This document shows, in pieces, positions 34,241 to 48,319 of a DNA stretch of 64,000 bases. A model generated the notes under the pieces. It worked only from the letters and a program-made list of their open reading frames with translations, was not told the DNA's origin and did not search any database. The translations under genes were made by a program, and so were the position numbers. The first letter of the stretch is position 1, and every line of letters starts with the position of its first letter. Source of the DNA: Geosiphon pyriformis uo1 (lineage: Eukaryota > Fungi > Glomeromycota); assembly GCA_016748015.1 (NCBI GenBank), contig JAAOMT010000088.1:1-64000 (forward strand). Direction: 5' to 3'.

Positions 34241-37200
34241 GGAAAAAAAACTCTTTATCTTCTTAATTTTATGATCACAATCAGAGCAAAGAGTAAAAAA
34301 GCTATATCTGTTATCTCTCCTAAGATATCTAATAAAATGTTAACCAAAAAAGTTTTTTCTATTGTAAAAACTACTAAACAGAATATTTTAAAAACTTTTT
34401 CTTTAAATATTAATAGTAAAAGATTGTCTTTAGTGGCCACTAAAACATTTTTTTCATTTTTGATTGGTTTTTTACTAATTAAGATTCTTTTAAAGAAATA
34501 CACTTGAATTAGTCCTAGTATTGTCTCTATCTTTTCTAAGACCCAAAAATTTTTAATAACAAACCAGTTAACAAGCTGGTATTCTCTTTTATAGTTTTTA
34601 TACTTGGTGCTGCTAGCATTTTTTCTTCAAAAAAAATGGTTAAAAAGACCAAAGATTTAAAAAAGTGAGAGCAGTTGTTTACCTTTGCTATTATTATACT
34701 AAATCTTTTTGTAGTTTTTAATAAGATCTTAAATAAGATCTCTATTGTATTATTTGACATATTAATTAAGATAGACTAAAATTAACTATTGGCTGTATTG
34801 CCAAATATGATGTTTTTTAACAGATTTTTACCAGTTATAAAAGCAAAACAATCATCTTCTGTAAAATTATTTGTTCTTGAGAACTGGTTTAATCAAATAA
34901 AAACTGAATTATTTTTTTTGTTGGTTTTTAGTGCTGCTACTAGTGGTGCTTAAAAAACTGTTATTAATTATTAAAGATTTATTGGGTAAGTACTATTTTT
35001 AAAATCAAATTGGCTTATTTTAAGACTGTTTTTTAGTCTGTATATGGTTTTTTGGATGTAAAATTAGTATTAAAAATCAATATAAAGCTCTTTTATATGA
35101 AGTTTGCTTCTTAAAAATCTTAAAAAGCTGCTTTTCTAGTTGAGCTTATAAGCTTTGTTTGTTTGGTTATTCTTAAAATTGCCAAGTCTTTAGTAGTTTT
35201 TAAAACTGGTTTTTTTTTGCTGTTATTATATTGTATAATGTGTTTTTGAATATGTCTGTTGCTAATATTAAGACAGTTTTTGATGTATTTGATAAAGTTG
35301 CTTGTGTAGTGCTAAAGTCTGCTGGTGTTTGACAATATGTGATTGTTTATTTTGATAAATTGGACTTTGCTGTGTCTGCTTTGAATTATTGGTTGGTTTT
35401 AATGGATAAAAATAGTATTAAAATCCTTCTCTTAATGAATTAAAATAAGACTATTCTGTTTTATAATAGATTTAAAACCAAGTTGGTTAACTTTTTCTTT
35501 GGCTGTATTGTTTTTGAAATCAGTAATATGATTTCTTAGATAAATAATGTTATCAAAGGTTTTTGGTCTTTTTTTTTGAATGTTGTTAATGTTAATTTGC
35601 TGTGAATTCACGTTCTCAGAAAGTAATTGGACCTTCAGCAACTGAATTTATTTTCAAATTATTTTCTATAATTTGAACTGCTGGACTTATAAGTGGAATG
35701 GCCAATTCCTTGCCAGTTACTTTTATGTAGTTACATTGTAGTAAATGTCAACTTTTTTCCAGAAATTGCTTGTCTAAAAACTTACTAAAATGTGTAGTTA
35801 CTTTGCTGTAAAAGTCAACTCTTTTACAGAAATCTTGTCTGTAGGCTACCCTAATGGTTATAATAAAAAAATAAAAGAAAAATAAAAGAAATGTAAAAGA
35901 AATAGAATTTTATCAAGGGAAACGTTTTCTATCCAGGCCTGAAGTCACTAACAGTTTATTGAAATTGGTAGTTAATTAATTTCAAAACATTAGTTGTGTT
36001 GAGAGAATTTCAAGTATAATAATTTTAAGAATTTGTTTTTCGAATATTTAATTTTTATTTGAATGTATAAAAGATGATTTGTTTCAATTAAGATATCTAA
36101 AGTAAGATACTATGATAAGATATTATGAGAAGATACATTTTCTTGAAGAGAGAAGCTTTTCTTTTATACAACTTGTTGTAATACTAGTTTTTGAACTTGT
36201 ACTTTTCACTTTGCTCCAATTTGGATGAACTAAAGATACATTTTGGCAAACTATAAGTTATTTCACTGAACTATTAATTATTTCGGCCAATTTTTATTAA
36301 TTTCGGCGAATTTTGACTATGTTAAATAGTTCAGAGTATTGTGTAATTTGATTATCTTAATTTCTATGATACAAATCAGATTATTGATTGAGTAATAATA
36401 TTTGATAATTTGATTAATAATAAGTGATATTCGAAATAATACTAATATATGCTAATTAATAATAGAAATTATGAGAGTAATTTCATGCTAATTAATAGCT
36501 AAAATTCTACTGGTAACAATAGTTAGACATGTTTTATTTCTTGTTTTTTTGATTTTGGTTATTGTTTCTGGTTTGTTTTGATTACATTTGGATCTTAAAT
36601 TAATTTAGATGCTGCAATTTTCAAAATTAATACACTAAGAAAATATTATATCTGGTAAAAGACTTCTGAAAATTGGCACTGCTTTTAATATTAGAATTTG
36701 GATTATTTGGCTTTGAATTATAAGGTGTTTTTTTCTTTTTTTCCTAAAATTCCCAAGGCTTTTGTCTCTTATATTATTGACAACAAGTTTTATGCTAAAG
36801 TTACTGCTTTTGTGTCTTCTTTGGCCTCTTGTCTTTTGGTTGGTTTAATTTTTTCCACTAATATTGTAATTGTTAATTCTATAGTTTCTTCTCAATTAGT
36901 CTTTCTGAAATCTGAGTTGGCCAAGTTTTCTGCTCTGGTCAATTCTATTGTTAAGCCAGTTGGTTCTATAATTAATATATTTGAACAATTTGTTAATAAA
37001 AATTTGATTTTAAGTAGTATTCTTGGTTTTAAGATTAATAAAATTTTGGTATATATAAGTATTTTTAGCAAGACTATTGGTAAGTTAAAATAAAAAATGG
37101 CTGCTTTAAAAACTGAGTGTAATTATGAAAACATTAATATGTTTGGCTCTTATATAAGTTTGTCTGCTGTTGATAATAATATGTTTTCTAATTTAATGTT

Positions 37201-37483
37201 ATTTTGGGAACATAAATCTGTTGCTGTAATAACTAATGTCTTGAAAACAACTAAATGGCTGATTGAATTAATTAGTAATAGTATTATATTATTTGAAATT
37301 GTTTAAAAAATGTCTTCTTTAGGTAAGTTTTTTTTTTAAAATATTAATATAATATAGTCTAAACTGGTTCGAGTAGCTGGTTATATGTAGAAAATACATA
37401 AACTACATTTAACACTAAAATACTTAGTTTGTTCTTAATTTTTAAATAATAGTTAGATTATATTTGTTAAACTAAATAAAAAA
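34241..37483 (+). mobile_element. Non-autonomous ORF1-only LINE derivative (HAL1-like), ~2.27 kb excluding the solo LTR
   Basis: LINE-family 5' motif (AAAAAAACTCTTT...TGATCACAATCAGAGCAAAG); one degenerate ORF1-like ORF from 34271; 3' UTR at 37350-37465 homologous to 48070-48181; A-rich tail; TSD AATAACAACA at 34231-34240 and 37484-37493. Confidence 0.75.
35548..36518 (-). repeat. Solo LTR of family D
   Basis: Reverse complement of 20111-21073; TGTTA...TAACA; TSD ATAA/ATAG. Confidence 0.92.
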
Positions 37484-40430
37484 AATAACAACAATACTAT
37501 CTTATTTATAGTTATTACCAAAAACAACATTTTTATTATCTTTTTTTTTAAAATAAAAACAAAAATAAAATGTTTTTTTTCAATAAAAATGCTCTAAATT
37601 TTAACAAATTCATTAATACTATAAATATTAATACTAAAGTTAATAGCCAATTTATTAAACTTATTTTTAATAGTAGTTTAACAAATAATATTATTATTTA
37701 ACAATTTATAAACCAATTAAGTTATTAAGTTAATTATTATTATTATTATAAAGTCATTAAAATTTTAATTGGTAAAATTAATAAATTTATTTTTGAAATT
37801 AGTATTAATTAGCATTTTTATTATAAAAATTACATAATACTAAACACTTATTAGTAATAATTAATTGTTTAAAACAAATATAATACTTGATTAAAACACT
37901 TAAAAACTTTAATTAAGTTATTAAAAATGTTATATATATGTATTAGTCATGTATAAATATTTTAAAATTACCAAAGTATTATTTATTGATTTAAATAAAA
38001 AAAAACCAATAATAAAAACTTATTAAGTTTTATAAATTAATAACATTAAAACCAACTTGTTACTTGTATTAGATTTCAAAAAAAAATAAAAAAAAAAGAA
38101 AAATTTCAAATTAGTACTTTTATTTATATATTATTAAACCAAAAAAACAATTTAATAACAACTTTTTATTAATACAGTATATTAAAAAATTTATATTATT
38201 AATAATTAAAACTTATTTACATTAACTATAAAAAAAAACTTTTATTTATAAAAGTTTGTTGTAATAATAACAAAAAATATTTAACAACAATTAAGTTTTA
38301 TTGCTATTTATATGTTTTAAAACAATTTAATTATCTAAAATAACAAAAAAAATAAAACAAAATATCTTGTTTTGCTTATAAAAAAAACTTTGTTTGATAA
38401 AAAAATATTTTAAAATAAAAAAATATATAATAAGTTATATTAATATATAATTTTAATTAATAATTAAATTTTTAATAAATATTACTTATAATTATACTTT
38501 TTTATATTTAAAAAATATTTATATAACAAAAACAAAATTTAAAAAATAATAACTATTAAATATAATAGTATTATAATCAAAAAAATACATATCATTAAAA
38601 ATATATCTGTTAAAATTTTTATATAAAACTTATTTTTTATTATATTTAACAATTTAATAAAATTTAATAAATACTACTAATTACCAACACCAATAAAAAA
38701 AAGAACAAAAGCTTGTTAATTTAATATCTAATTTTGTAAATATTGTTTTATTTTTATTAATTTAAATGTAATTTTATTTATAATCTATTATTATATATTA
38801 TCAATTTTTTTATTTAAGATTAATAAGCCAATTAGTAAAATTAAAAAATTAAATCAGAATCTAATTCTAATTAAAATATTACTTTTAAATTTAATAAAAA
38901 TTCAAATATTGCTTTTAAGATTAAACAATATATTATACTTTTAGACTTATCAAAAAAACAGAAACTTAAATAGTTTAATAAAAATAATAAAAATATTTTG
39001 TTTAAAAAAACACATAAAACAAATATTAGATTTAATTTGAAATATTCTAAACAAATTTAATAATTTTAAAATCTTATTTTCTTATTAATATAAATTTAAA
39101 ATTAATATTAAAAGTTCTGACAATAATTATGATTCAATTAATATTTAGTTTTAGTTTAATAAGAAAAAAAATTATTGTAAAAAAAAATAATTAGCAAAAT
39201 ATGTAAAAAATATTGTTATTATACTATAAAATAGAACCAAAAAAAGATTACACAGACTATATTCTTGTTTTTAATTAAAATAACCAAATTAATTTTAATA
39301 AAAACAAAAAAAAAATTAGGAATAATAGCAAGAAAAATCTATAAATTTGGCTTAACATATTTATTAATATGACAGAAAAAACTACTAACCAAAAATTTTA
39401 TTTTTATCATTTATACTGTTTTTATTTTATTTTATTGAAAATATTTGTTAAAAATATCCAGAAAAATCAAAAACCAAAAATTTGTTAAAATAAAATTATT
39501 AATATTATTAATCTGTATATATTAGCCAAAAACCACAAAATTATCAGAATTTCAATTTATAATAATACAAAAAACTATATAAAAATTCTAGTTAATAATA
39601 TTATTAAATACTTTAATTTAAAAATTGAAAACCAATTATTAATCAATATTTCAAATTTTACTTAATTGTATATTATATGGATTTTATATTATAAATTTAG
39701 ACAAAAAAAAGAATGCTATTTGTTTTAATTAAAGCAATTAAAAAAAATAAACTTAAAAAACTTGAATTAATTACAAAGAATATAATTTAAGTATTACTTA
39801 AATAATATACTAATATCTTTATAAATAAAAATAAATTTAAAAAAACTAATATTATTTAACATAAAATCAAAACAAAAAATATTATGCCAATTAAATAAAA
39901 AACATATAAAATACTATTAGTTAGTTATAATATTATTAAAAAAAATTAATTGGATATTAAACAGTAAATTAGTTTAACTATATATAAATTTATAGTTATT
40001 ATTAATGGTTTTAATTCAAAAAAAATAACAAAATCTGATTTTATGTGAATTATTGCAAATTTAACAATATTATTTATAATAATAGCTATTTAATACTATT
40101 AATTCAAGAATTATTTAACTTATTTGAAAAAAAGAAATAGTTTTTATATTAAACTTGAACAGTAATTATTAATAAATAACTATAAATCCAAATAATAAAA
40201 AAACAGTATTTATTACATAAAAAAAAACTTTGAATATAAAGTAATATTATTTGGCTTAATAAATACATTAATTATATTTTAATAGTTGATAAAAATTATT
40301 TGCTTTAACATATTATAAAAATTAGTAATGTTTATTAATATATTTTCAAAAATTTTTGATAAAAATTTTTATTATTTATAATAAATATTTAAAAGACATT
40401 AACAAACTAAATTAGAATTAAATATAAATA

Positions 40431-40530
40431 TTTTATTTTATTATTTTATTTAATGAGTACACAATTACTATTAGCATATAGAAACAAATTAAGTGAATTT
40501 AACTAAATATGATTCATGTGCTTACTATAT
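40431..40530 (-). mobile_element. ~100-bp 3' stub of the LINE family (tail and 3' UTR)
   Basis: (TTTTA)n followed by ATGAGTACACAATTACTATTAG... matching 48184-48300. Confidence 0.65.
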
Positions 40531-41293
40531 ATAACTAGTAAATATTTTTTTGAAAAAACAAAGTTTATTAATTTATATTAATAAAAAAAAAATTCATGTT
40601 TTTTAAAATATTTTTAAGACCAAATTAATCAATTTTTTTTCTAGTTGTATAGTTTTTAAAATTAGTAAATTAATGTTTTATGTTTATAGTTATATTTGTT
40701 TTATTTTTTATTTTTTTAACTTTGTTTAATATTTATAATATGTAATTGTTATTTTGATTTTAAAAAAAACTTGAATACTATAATTAGTAATATTAATATT
40801 TTAAAAAATGTTGTATTTAATAAAAAATTTAAATAATTAATGTTATTTTAAATGTTAAAATTCAGATTATTTAATTGTAAATTATTAAATATTTTAATTT
40901 TTTTTAAATTTTTATTTAAGTTTGTTAATATTTTTAAAGTTTTTACTTTTTGATTTATTAATACTAAGTTTTATCTTAAAACTTTTATATTATTGGTTTT
41001 TTTGTTATTGTATTTTTGATTAATAATATTATTACTATTATTAATTTTATAATAAGTTTTTATTTGACTTTTTTAAAGTTTGAATTAATTGTATTGGTTT
41101 TATTAATCAAATTTATTATTAAATTTATTAATATTTTGGTTTTTTTAATTATAAATTAAATATAGATATAATTCTTAAATAAATAAATAAATAAATAAAA
41201 TATTAGTTTTTTTATAAGTTAAATATTTTTTTAAAATAAATTTTTTTAAATTTTATTTAATTTAATTTTAACTGGCTTAAATAATTATAAAAT

Positions 41294-44200
41294 AATAAAA
41301 CTCTTTTTTTTATTGATCTTCTGGTTACAGTAAAAATATTGAGTAGTTGAAAAAATATATTTTTTTTCCCCTTTATCCTTTTTGTTTTTGCAGTTATTTT
41401 TTTTAATAAATCCTTATTTGTAACTATAAATCTAGTAAGCTTTTTAGCTGGTAGTTTTGATTTCATTTTGGCTAGTTTGGAGACTTGGTCTAGTACTAAG
41501 AAGAAATTGCATATTAAAAGTATTTACTCTTGTGGTCTTTTATACAAAAAGCTTAAGAATTCTAGAGTTGTCAATAGTATAGTGGATTTATTAACTGGTC
41601 CCATATCTATTAATAGTTTGCAAGCTAACAATAAAAAAGATAAGATATCTTGGGATAATGAAATTAAAAGCAAAGAAGTAAGTGTTAGTGAGATGTCTAA
41701 TGTTGAGAACATAAAAAATACTATTGCTAAGGAAATGAGTTATATGAATTCCAATCTTTCTAAGATTAATGATATGATAGATGACACAACTTTAAGAAAA
41801 ACATAAACAAGAACATATCTTCTAGAACAGCCACCAAAAGTGTCATTCTTTAATAACTTAAGTAAAAATAAGTCTGTACTGGTGCTTTCAGCATCCAAAT
41901 TTGTTGGTTCTAAGAAATTGTCATTAAATAAGTTATAAAGCAAAAAATTAAGAAAATTTGGCTTAAAAAAGTCTTTTGCATTGGGTATTAACTTGTTAGC
42001 CATGTTTGACAAGTTCTTTGGTAATAAGTTGTTGGCTCTAAAAAAAATTTTTTATTGTGTAGACAGTTTTGGGGAGGCATTTACTCCCTCAAAATTTTCT
42101 AAACTGATCAGATCCTTTTTTACTCTAGAGTCAAGTTTGCAAAGGGCTAGAGAGTTGGTTATTATTGCCAAAATTTTGGTTAATAATGATATTAAAAAAC
42201 CAAACAGCTGATCAAATTAGAAAGTAATTATCAAGAAAATCTCAGTAAATCTTCCCAAATTGGCAATAGAATCAGTATTCTCTAAATTTGGTAAGATGAT
42301 TTCAATCAAGATACAATTGATTGGACTTTGACAAAAGGTCTTGATCGAGTTTGAATTAGCAGATATAACTAGCTCAATTGCTTTTAAATAGTCAGTTTTC
42401 ATGAGAAAAGATTTAATGCATGTGACTTTGGCCATTAATAACAAAAAATAATAGGTAATAAGAAATCAGCACTAAGCTTTGTTGCATATTTTGCCAATGG
42501 ATACTATTACTTATGATTTATTAGATTTGCTGAAATTATATGATAGAAAAACTTGTTTCATTGGCCATAATTTTAGTTCATATGTTTATAATAAGTGTGT
42601 AGTAATTTGTTTTAATAATAAGACATTCAAATTGGCTGCTATTGGCTTTATTCCAGTTTTTAAGAGTGTGAAATTGCATTGAGCTGGTCTTTTTTTGACT
42701 TGCTGTATATGGTGTAAACAATTTGGTCACATTTTGAATGATTGTTCAATGGATAAAAATTCTAGTGGTTGTGGTAAGTGGATGATAACTTTTTAAGATT
42801 GAGTTTGTCTGACCAATATTTATAAGAAAAAACAGGCACTCATTGCTCACCCAGTTTCTTTTAATGATAGAACTTGGGCCCAAATTGTTGATAACTCACT
42901 TTTTTGAGTGGTCTCATTAGTTTTTTTTGGTACTGGTTTGTTTTCAGGTGTAAAACTTTTTTTAATAGTTTTTATTTCTTTTGACAATTCTTGTTTGGCT
43001 GATCAGTTGGCTTTTCTAAAGCATTTTTTGGAGCTTTTGGCAAATCAGATGTCTATTATTATGAAAAAATTAAACTTTGTGAAATTGATGTCTGCCATCT
43101 GCTTTTTATGTGTCCCTTTTGGTTGTTTCTGTGTCTTTAATTTCGAATTTGGATTCAAATATGGTTTTGGATAATGTGTTAATATTATTTATTTATCCTT
43201 TTTTGGTTGTTAATAATGTAATTGTTGACTTCAACTTAAGTAGTTCTAGGGTTTTAACCACAAAAATAGATGGTTTAAAATCAAAGATAATGGCTTTGGA
43301 AGTATTAGTTGGCTCAGTTTTGGAGAGATTGAATTGTTTGTGCTTTGGTTCAGATTTGTTAACTTCTTTTTTATTTTAATGAGTAATTTGGTTTGGAAAT
43401 TTGCTATGTGCAATATTTATGATATTAATGTTTCTGCAAAGCAGAATAACATAATTTGTTGACATAATAATTTGGGTAATATGGTTTTTTTTGTTACTGA
43501 AACAAAGTTGAAATCTATCATTAGACCATGGATTAAGAATAAGTTTGATAAGATTCAGATTTTTACTTCTGGTTTGGATATTGGTTTTTTTTGTGCTGGT
43601 GTTGCTATTATTATAAACAGTTTCTTGGCTTGTCATATTTCTAAAATAAAAAAGATTTCTGGTCAGATTGTTTTAGTGTGTTTTCTGTTTAAAAACAAGC
43701 TTTTGGTTATAGTTCTTGGTTTGTATGTTGACACTTCTTCTAATGTTTGGTTTGAACAGGCCTCAAAAGTCAATTTTTTCATTGCAAAAGCTGTTAACTC
43801 CAGCACTTTTGTGGTCTTGAATGGGGATTTCAATGAAAATAGATTTGAGAAGAATACAAATTTTAAGTTTTGTTTGGGTTTAGGTTTGGTTAATTCGTTC
43901 AGTAAGCATCCTTTGGTCAAAGTCCCAACTTGAAGCAACTTAAGAGGTGTTAATAAGATTTTAGATTATATTTTTGTAAATAAGAGCTTATTATCAACAG
44001 TTGTTGATTATGGTATTGGTTTTGTGTCTACTTTCTTTAATATCAATCACAAGACTGTTATGATGTTTATTGGCTTAGATGGGCTCTTAGATGTTTATTT
44101 GAATAATTTGTGCAAATAAACTAATAAAGATTATTGAAAATTTAAATTTAAGAATACAAATAGTGCCAAATAGGTTCATTTTAGGAATTGCTCTTCTGCC

Positions 44201-47200
44201 AAGCTTTTTGAGATAAGGGATAAGTTTCTGGATGCTGATGTTTATTATGATATAAACATTATATAGTTGTTGCTAAAAAGAGTAATAGTGGATTTGGCTG
44301 ATAAGATATTTTTTAAACATTGGTTTGGTGATTTTTAGTGTTCAAAAAATAAGCAGTTCTCTAAGTTTCTGAGACTGAAATTGTTAATTGCCAAAATTGT
44401 TAAAAAATTGAGCTCAGATAACATCTTTGGTTTCGATTATCTTATGAGGAAGTAGTTGATTTTGGATGTTAATAAAGCTTTTGTGGTAATAGACATGGTT
44501 TAGAATGATAGAAAATTAATAGATATTTTCAAACATTTGTCACTGGTTAGAAAGAAGTATAGAAGATCCAAAATATATGAGTCAAAGTTGGTTAAGGAGA
44601 CATCTATTAAGAAGACAATTGAAAGACACATGAAAAAATTTTGTTTTGATAAAGATAATATAATTAAGAGTGTTTTGGATCAGCCCTTTTACAAAGTGGT
44701 TTTGGATTACTTAGTAATGGATGATAAGTTGATTTTAAAACTAGAGGAAGTGAAGCTCAGTGTTAATAAGATTATAAAGAGTTAGACAAGAAAGCAGAAT
44801 GTGCTTTTAGCAATATTTGATCTCTGGACTTGCCAATATGTACTGTTAGATTACATAAAAGATAGTGTTTTTTTTGGTGTAATATGTGCAATTAGTATAA
44901 ATGAGTTGCTCTTGGTTGTTAATGGTCTGTCTAATAACAAAACTGCTGGCTTGTTTGGTATTTCTAATGAACTATGAAAACATAATAGTGATAGGATGAT
45001 AGGGTATCTTTTAGGACTGTTAAATATATGCTTAGAAATTAGTGGTATTTCTGTTTTATGAAAAAGAGCTTGGGTTTTAATAATCCCTAAACCTTATAAT
45101 TGGAATAAAGTTCTTACAAACATTTGACTTATTGTATTGATTAAAACTGCCAGAAAAATTCTCTTTAAGATTTTTTCAGACAGAATTTCATCTGTGTACA
45201 GCAAGTTTAGTGTCTTTTATAATAATAACTTTTCTGTTTTGAAGAGTATGTCTACTCAATTTTCTGTGTTTGCAGTTGGTTTGGTGGTTAAAAATGTACT
45301 GAAGAAGAATCAAAAACTTTGGTTGGTCTTACAGGATATGTGTAAAGCATACAACTCAGTTGGTTAACATCATTTAAAGACTAGTTTAAGATAAATTAAG
45401 ATATATAATAGGTTCATCAAATTTTTTGGCAGCATATATGATGATAGAATTAATAGAGTAATAACAAATTTCAGCCTTTCAGAGGACTATAAAGTGCATA
45501 ATAGTTTGGATCAAAGTGAAGTTTTTTTTTCTCTTCTTTGGAGAATCTTTTATGATCTGCTCTTATGTGAGGTCAAAAGACATGAACATTTATGTGGATA
45601 TTGGATTAATACTAAGTTTGTGGTAAAAACTGGCAGAATTAAGAATAGTGGTGGTTTGTTTTCTTTTTTTATGGCTGGTGTATTTGTAAATAACACAATT
45701 TAGATTAGAGATTGTTAGACTTTTGTGCAGTATGCTCTGAATATTGCTAATAAATTTTTTTCGATTAATAATATTTTAATTAATATTGAGAAGACTGTAG
45801 TTATTCCTATTATCCAAAGTATTAAGATTGTTTTTTTGAGTATCAGTAGTCAGCCAATTTTGATTGTCAAAAAGGGCAAAACACACAGATATTTGAGGAT
45901 TTTTTTATCAACTGAAGAGTTGTTCAAGCTGAATATGGTTAAGATTTATTCTGATATTTGTTTTTTTGTTAATATGATGCTCAAAAAACTATTATAGATA
46001 AGCAGTTTTCTTATTTGGTGTTGGCTGTTTTACAGCTTATTGTTAGTTACAGGACCCAATTTAGTTTCATCTCATTAAGTATGTGTCATAAGTGAGATGT
46101 CATAATCAGAAAGGGCTTTAAGACTAAAGCATGTTTGTTATGTGATTTTCCTAGTGAAGCTTTGTATTATTCATTATTATATAGTCTAAAATTTTTCAAG
46201 CAAGTGCAATTAGAAAGTAAATTGACTGCTGTGGTTTTCTTTTCTAATGCTCCAGACATTCTTGGTTATTTATTTCATTATAAGTTTTTGGATTTGCAGG
46301 TTTTGGAATAGGCTCTTTTAAATTTTTTGCAGTTCTCTGTTAAATTGCTTGTTAGTTCTGTGAATAATTTTTTGGCTGGTGTAGTTAAGATTTTTTTAAG
46401 TAATGAGCTATCTTTGACAAACAATTTGTCCAATGCTTTTTATTGTTCTGGTGTTTTTTTTATGTTATCTATTCTTGGGAAGTTTTTGTATCTTAGTTTT
46501 GTTTATTTTTTAAAACATTTTGGGATCACTTTTGGTAATAAACTTTTTGATAAAAAAGGCTGTGTAATAGATTAAAAAACATTCTATCAATAGAAAAGAT
46601 TAGATTCTAGAGGTCTTGTTCTTTATTGGTTTGAAATTATGTTAAAATTTTTGCATAGTAAGAGTTTTTTATTACCTAATTTACTTGTGTCTATTCAGCC
46701 AGTTGGCTTAAACATATTAAATTCTAGAAAATTTGCTAAAGTGCAAGATAAGTTACATAAAATTTGGTCTGGTTTTTTTGAGATATATACAGATGGTTCA
46801 TTGAAAAATGTTGGCTCTATTGGTGTTATTAGTAATGTTACTACATATTTTCCAGTTTTGGATATAAGTATTGATATTGGTGTTTGTAGTTTTGTGTTGT
46901 TAACTATAACTGAATTGCAGGCTATTGCTTTGTCTTTGAAGTGTGTTCTGTCTTTCTGCTTTTTGGTTTTATATCTCAACAGCCAAGCTGCTATTGATGT
47001 GTATATGTCTGAGATGTTATTTGCTGTGCCAGATTTTTGTAATCAATGCTGAATTGAGAGAAAACATATTGTTAATTTAATTAGAAATAAAAATCTTATG
47101 GTAAGTTGGGTCAAAATTAAAGATAATTTTGGAATTTGTGGTAATATAAAAGTAGATACCATTGTAGGCAGACTGCTGGCTCTCTTTTTTCTTTGCCAGT

Positions 47201-48183
47201 AGGAATGTGAGAATATTTTTTGGTCATTGAGGACACTGTTGTATCTAATAATGTTCATCATTTTGTCAAAAACATTTTTAGGTCTATTTGTTATGCTTAT
47301 TGGAAAGCTGGTTTTGGCTGTGATATAGTTTCTAATATATTAATCAAGAATATAGATTGGAACATTACTGTAAAAGTCTGGCATCTTGACTCACATATGC
47401 TTGCTGGTTTTACTAGTTAAAAGTTTTCCAATCTTTGTATGTACTTGATAAAAGCTGTTTACAGACAGTTATTAGTGGCTGTTAGGAAAAGTTTATATAA
47501 TAGAGAATATCCTGGTGTGCTGTGTTTGCTGTATGGTAAAGTGAAGTTGTCAGATCACATTTTCACTTGTGCTCAAAATGTTAATGTTTAGGAAGAGATT
47601 TTGGCTGAGGCTTTTATACAATGAGTTGCTTTGGCAAGTGCTTATGGTGTGTTTTTTTCTGTTGTTTTACAGATGCTCTTTTGTTGTTTGTTAGATGCTA
47701 GAACTTATGTAATCATGTACAAAGGGTTTGTGCTGAAGAATTGGTATACAGAAGCTATTAGGGATTTTTGATAATAAGAAGGAGGCTATCTTTGCTGTTG
47801 TTAATTTTATGAAGTATCTAATAGAGTTGTATTATTTTAAGATCTGGTTGGCAAAGTCTAAGTTTAGGGTTAATATAGAAAAAGCTGACTTAGTTAAAAA
47901 CAGTGATGTAATATCAGGCTTGTTATGTAGTTTAGTGTTGATGCTGTCAAATGAGATGATCAGAATACTTAACATTATTGAGTCTTTTGCTGTTAATTTT
48001 GGTCATTATAAACTGTGCTTTTTTTTTCTAGTTTAAATTATGATATAAGTATTAGTATAAATATATAGTGTTGTTTTGTCTGGCTTGAATGACTAGTCAC
48101 ATGTAGTAAGTATGTAAGTTGTATTTAATTTAAGCCACTTAGTTTAATTCTATATACTAGATAACAGTTGGATTTCACTCAAT
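41294..48183 (+). mobile_element. Full-length degenerate non-LTR retrotransposon L-a (ORF1; ORF2 APE-RT-RNaseH-Zn finger)
   Basis: ORF1 with C-x2-C-x4-H-x4-C at ~42702-42745; ORF2 WKFAMCN, TETKL, GDFNE, LQDMCKAYNSVG, FVNNT (FVDDT), YTDGSL, ELQAI, LNSQ. Confidence 0.9.
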
Positions 48184-48319
48184 TTATTTTTTTATTTTAT
48201 TTTTTTAATGAGTAAAGCCCAACTACTATCTAGTATATAGAGCCAAATTGAGACTCAAACTAAACGTGATTCATGCACTTTTTACATGTGGCTAGCCACT
48301 CAGGCCAGACAAGACAATA

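Larger units (their letters stand above)
32440..40430 (+). mobile_element. Extremely AT-eroded relic of an A-like Gypsy element (gag to RT), interrupted by Tc1 and the ORF1-only element
   Basis: Collinear by eye with A: 37630-37730 vs 2930-3030 (protease), 39010-39050 vs 7860-7900 (dUTPase), 40030-40070 vs 8960-9000 (RT). Differences are mostly G->A/C->T. Confidence 0.75.

Noticed and set aside
40531-41293. Very AT-rich segment as another identifiable element
   Set aside because: Probably an eroded minus-strand TE fragment, but I could not align it convincingly to anything in the window.
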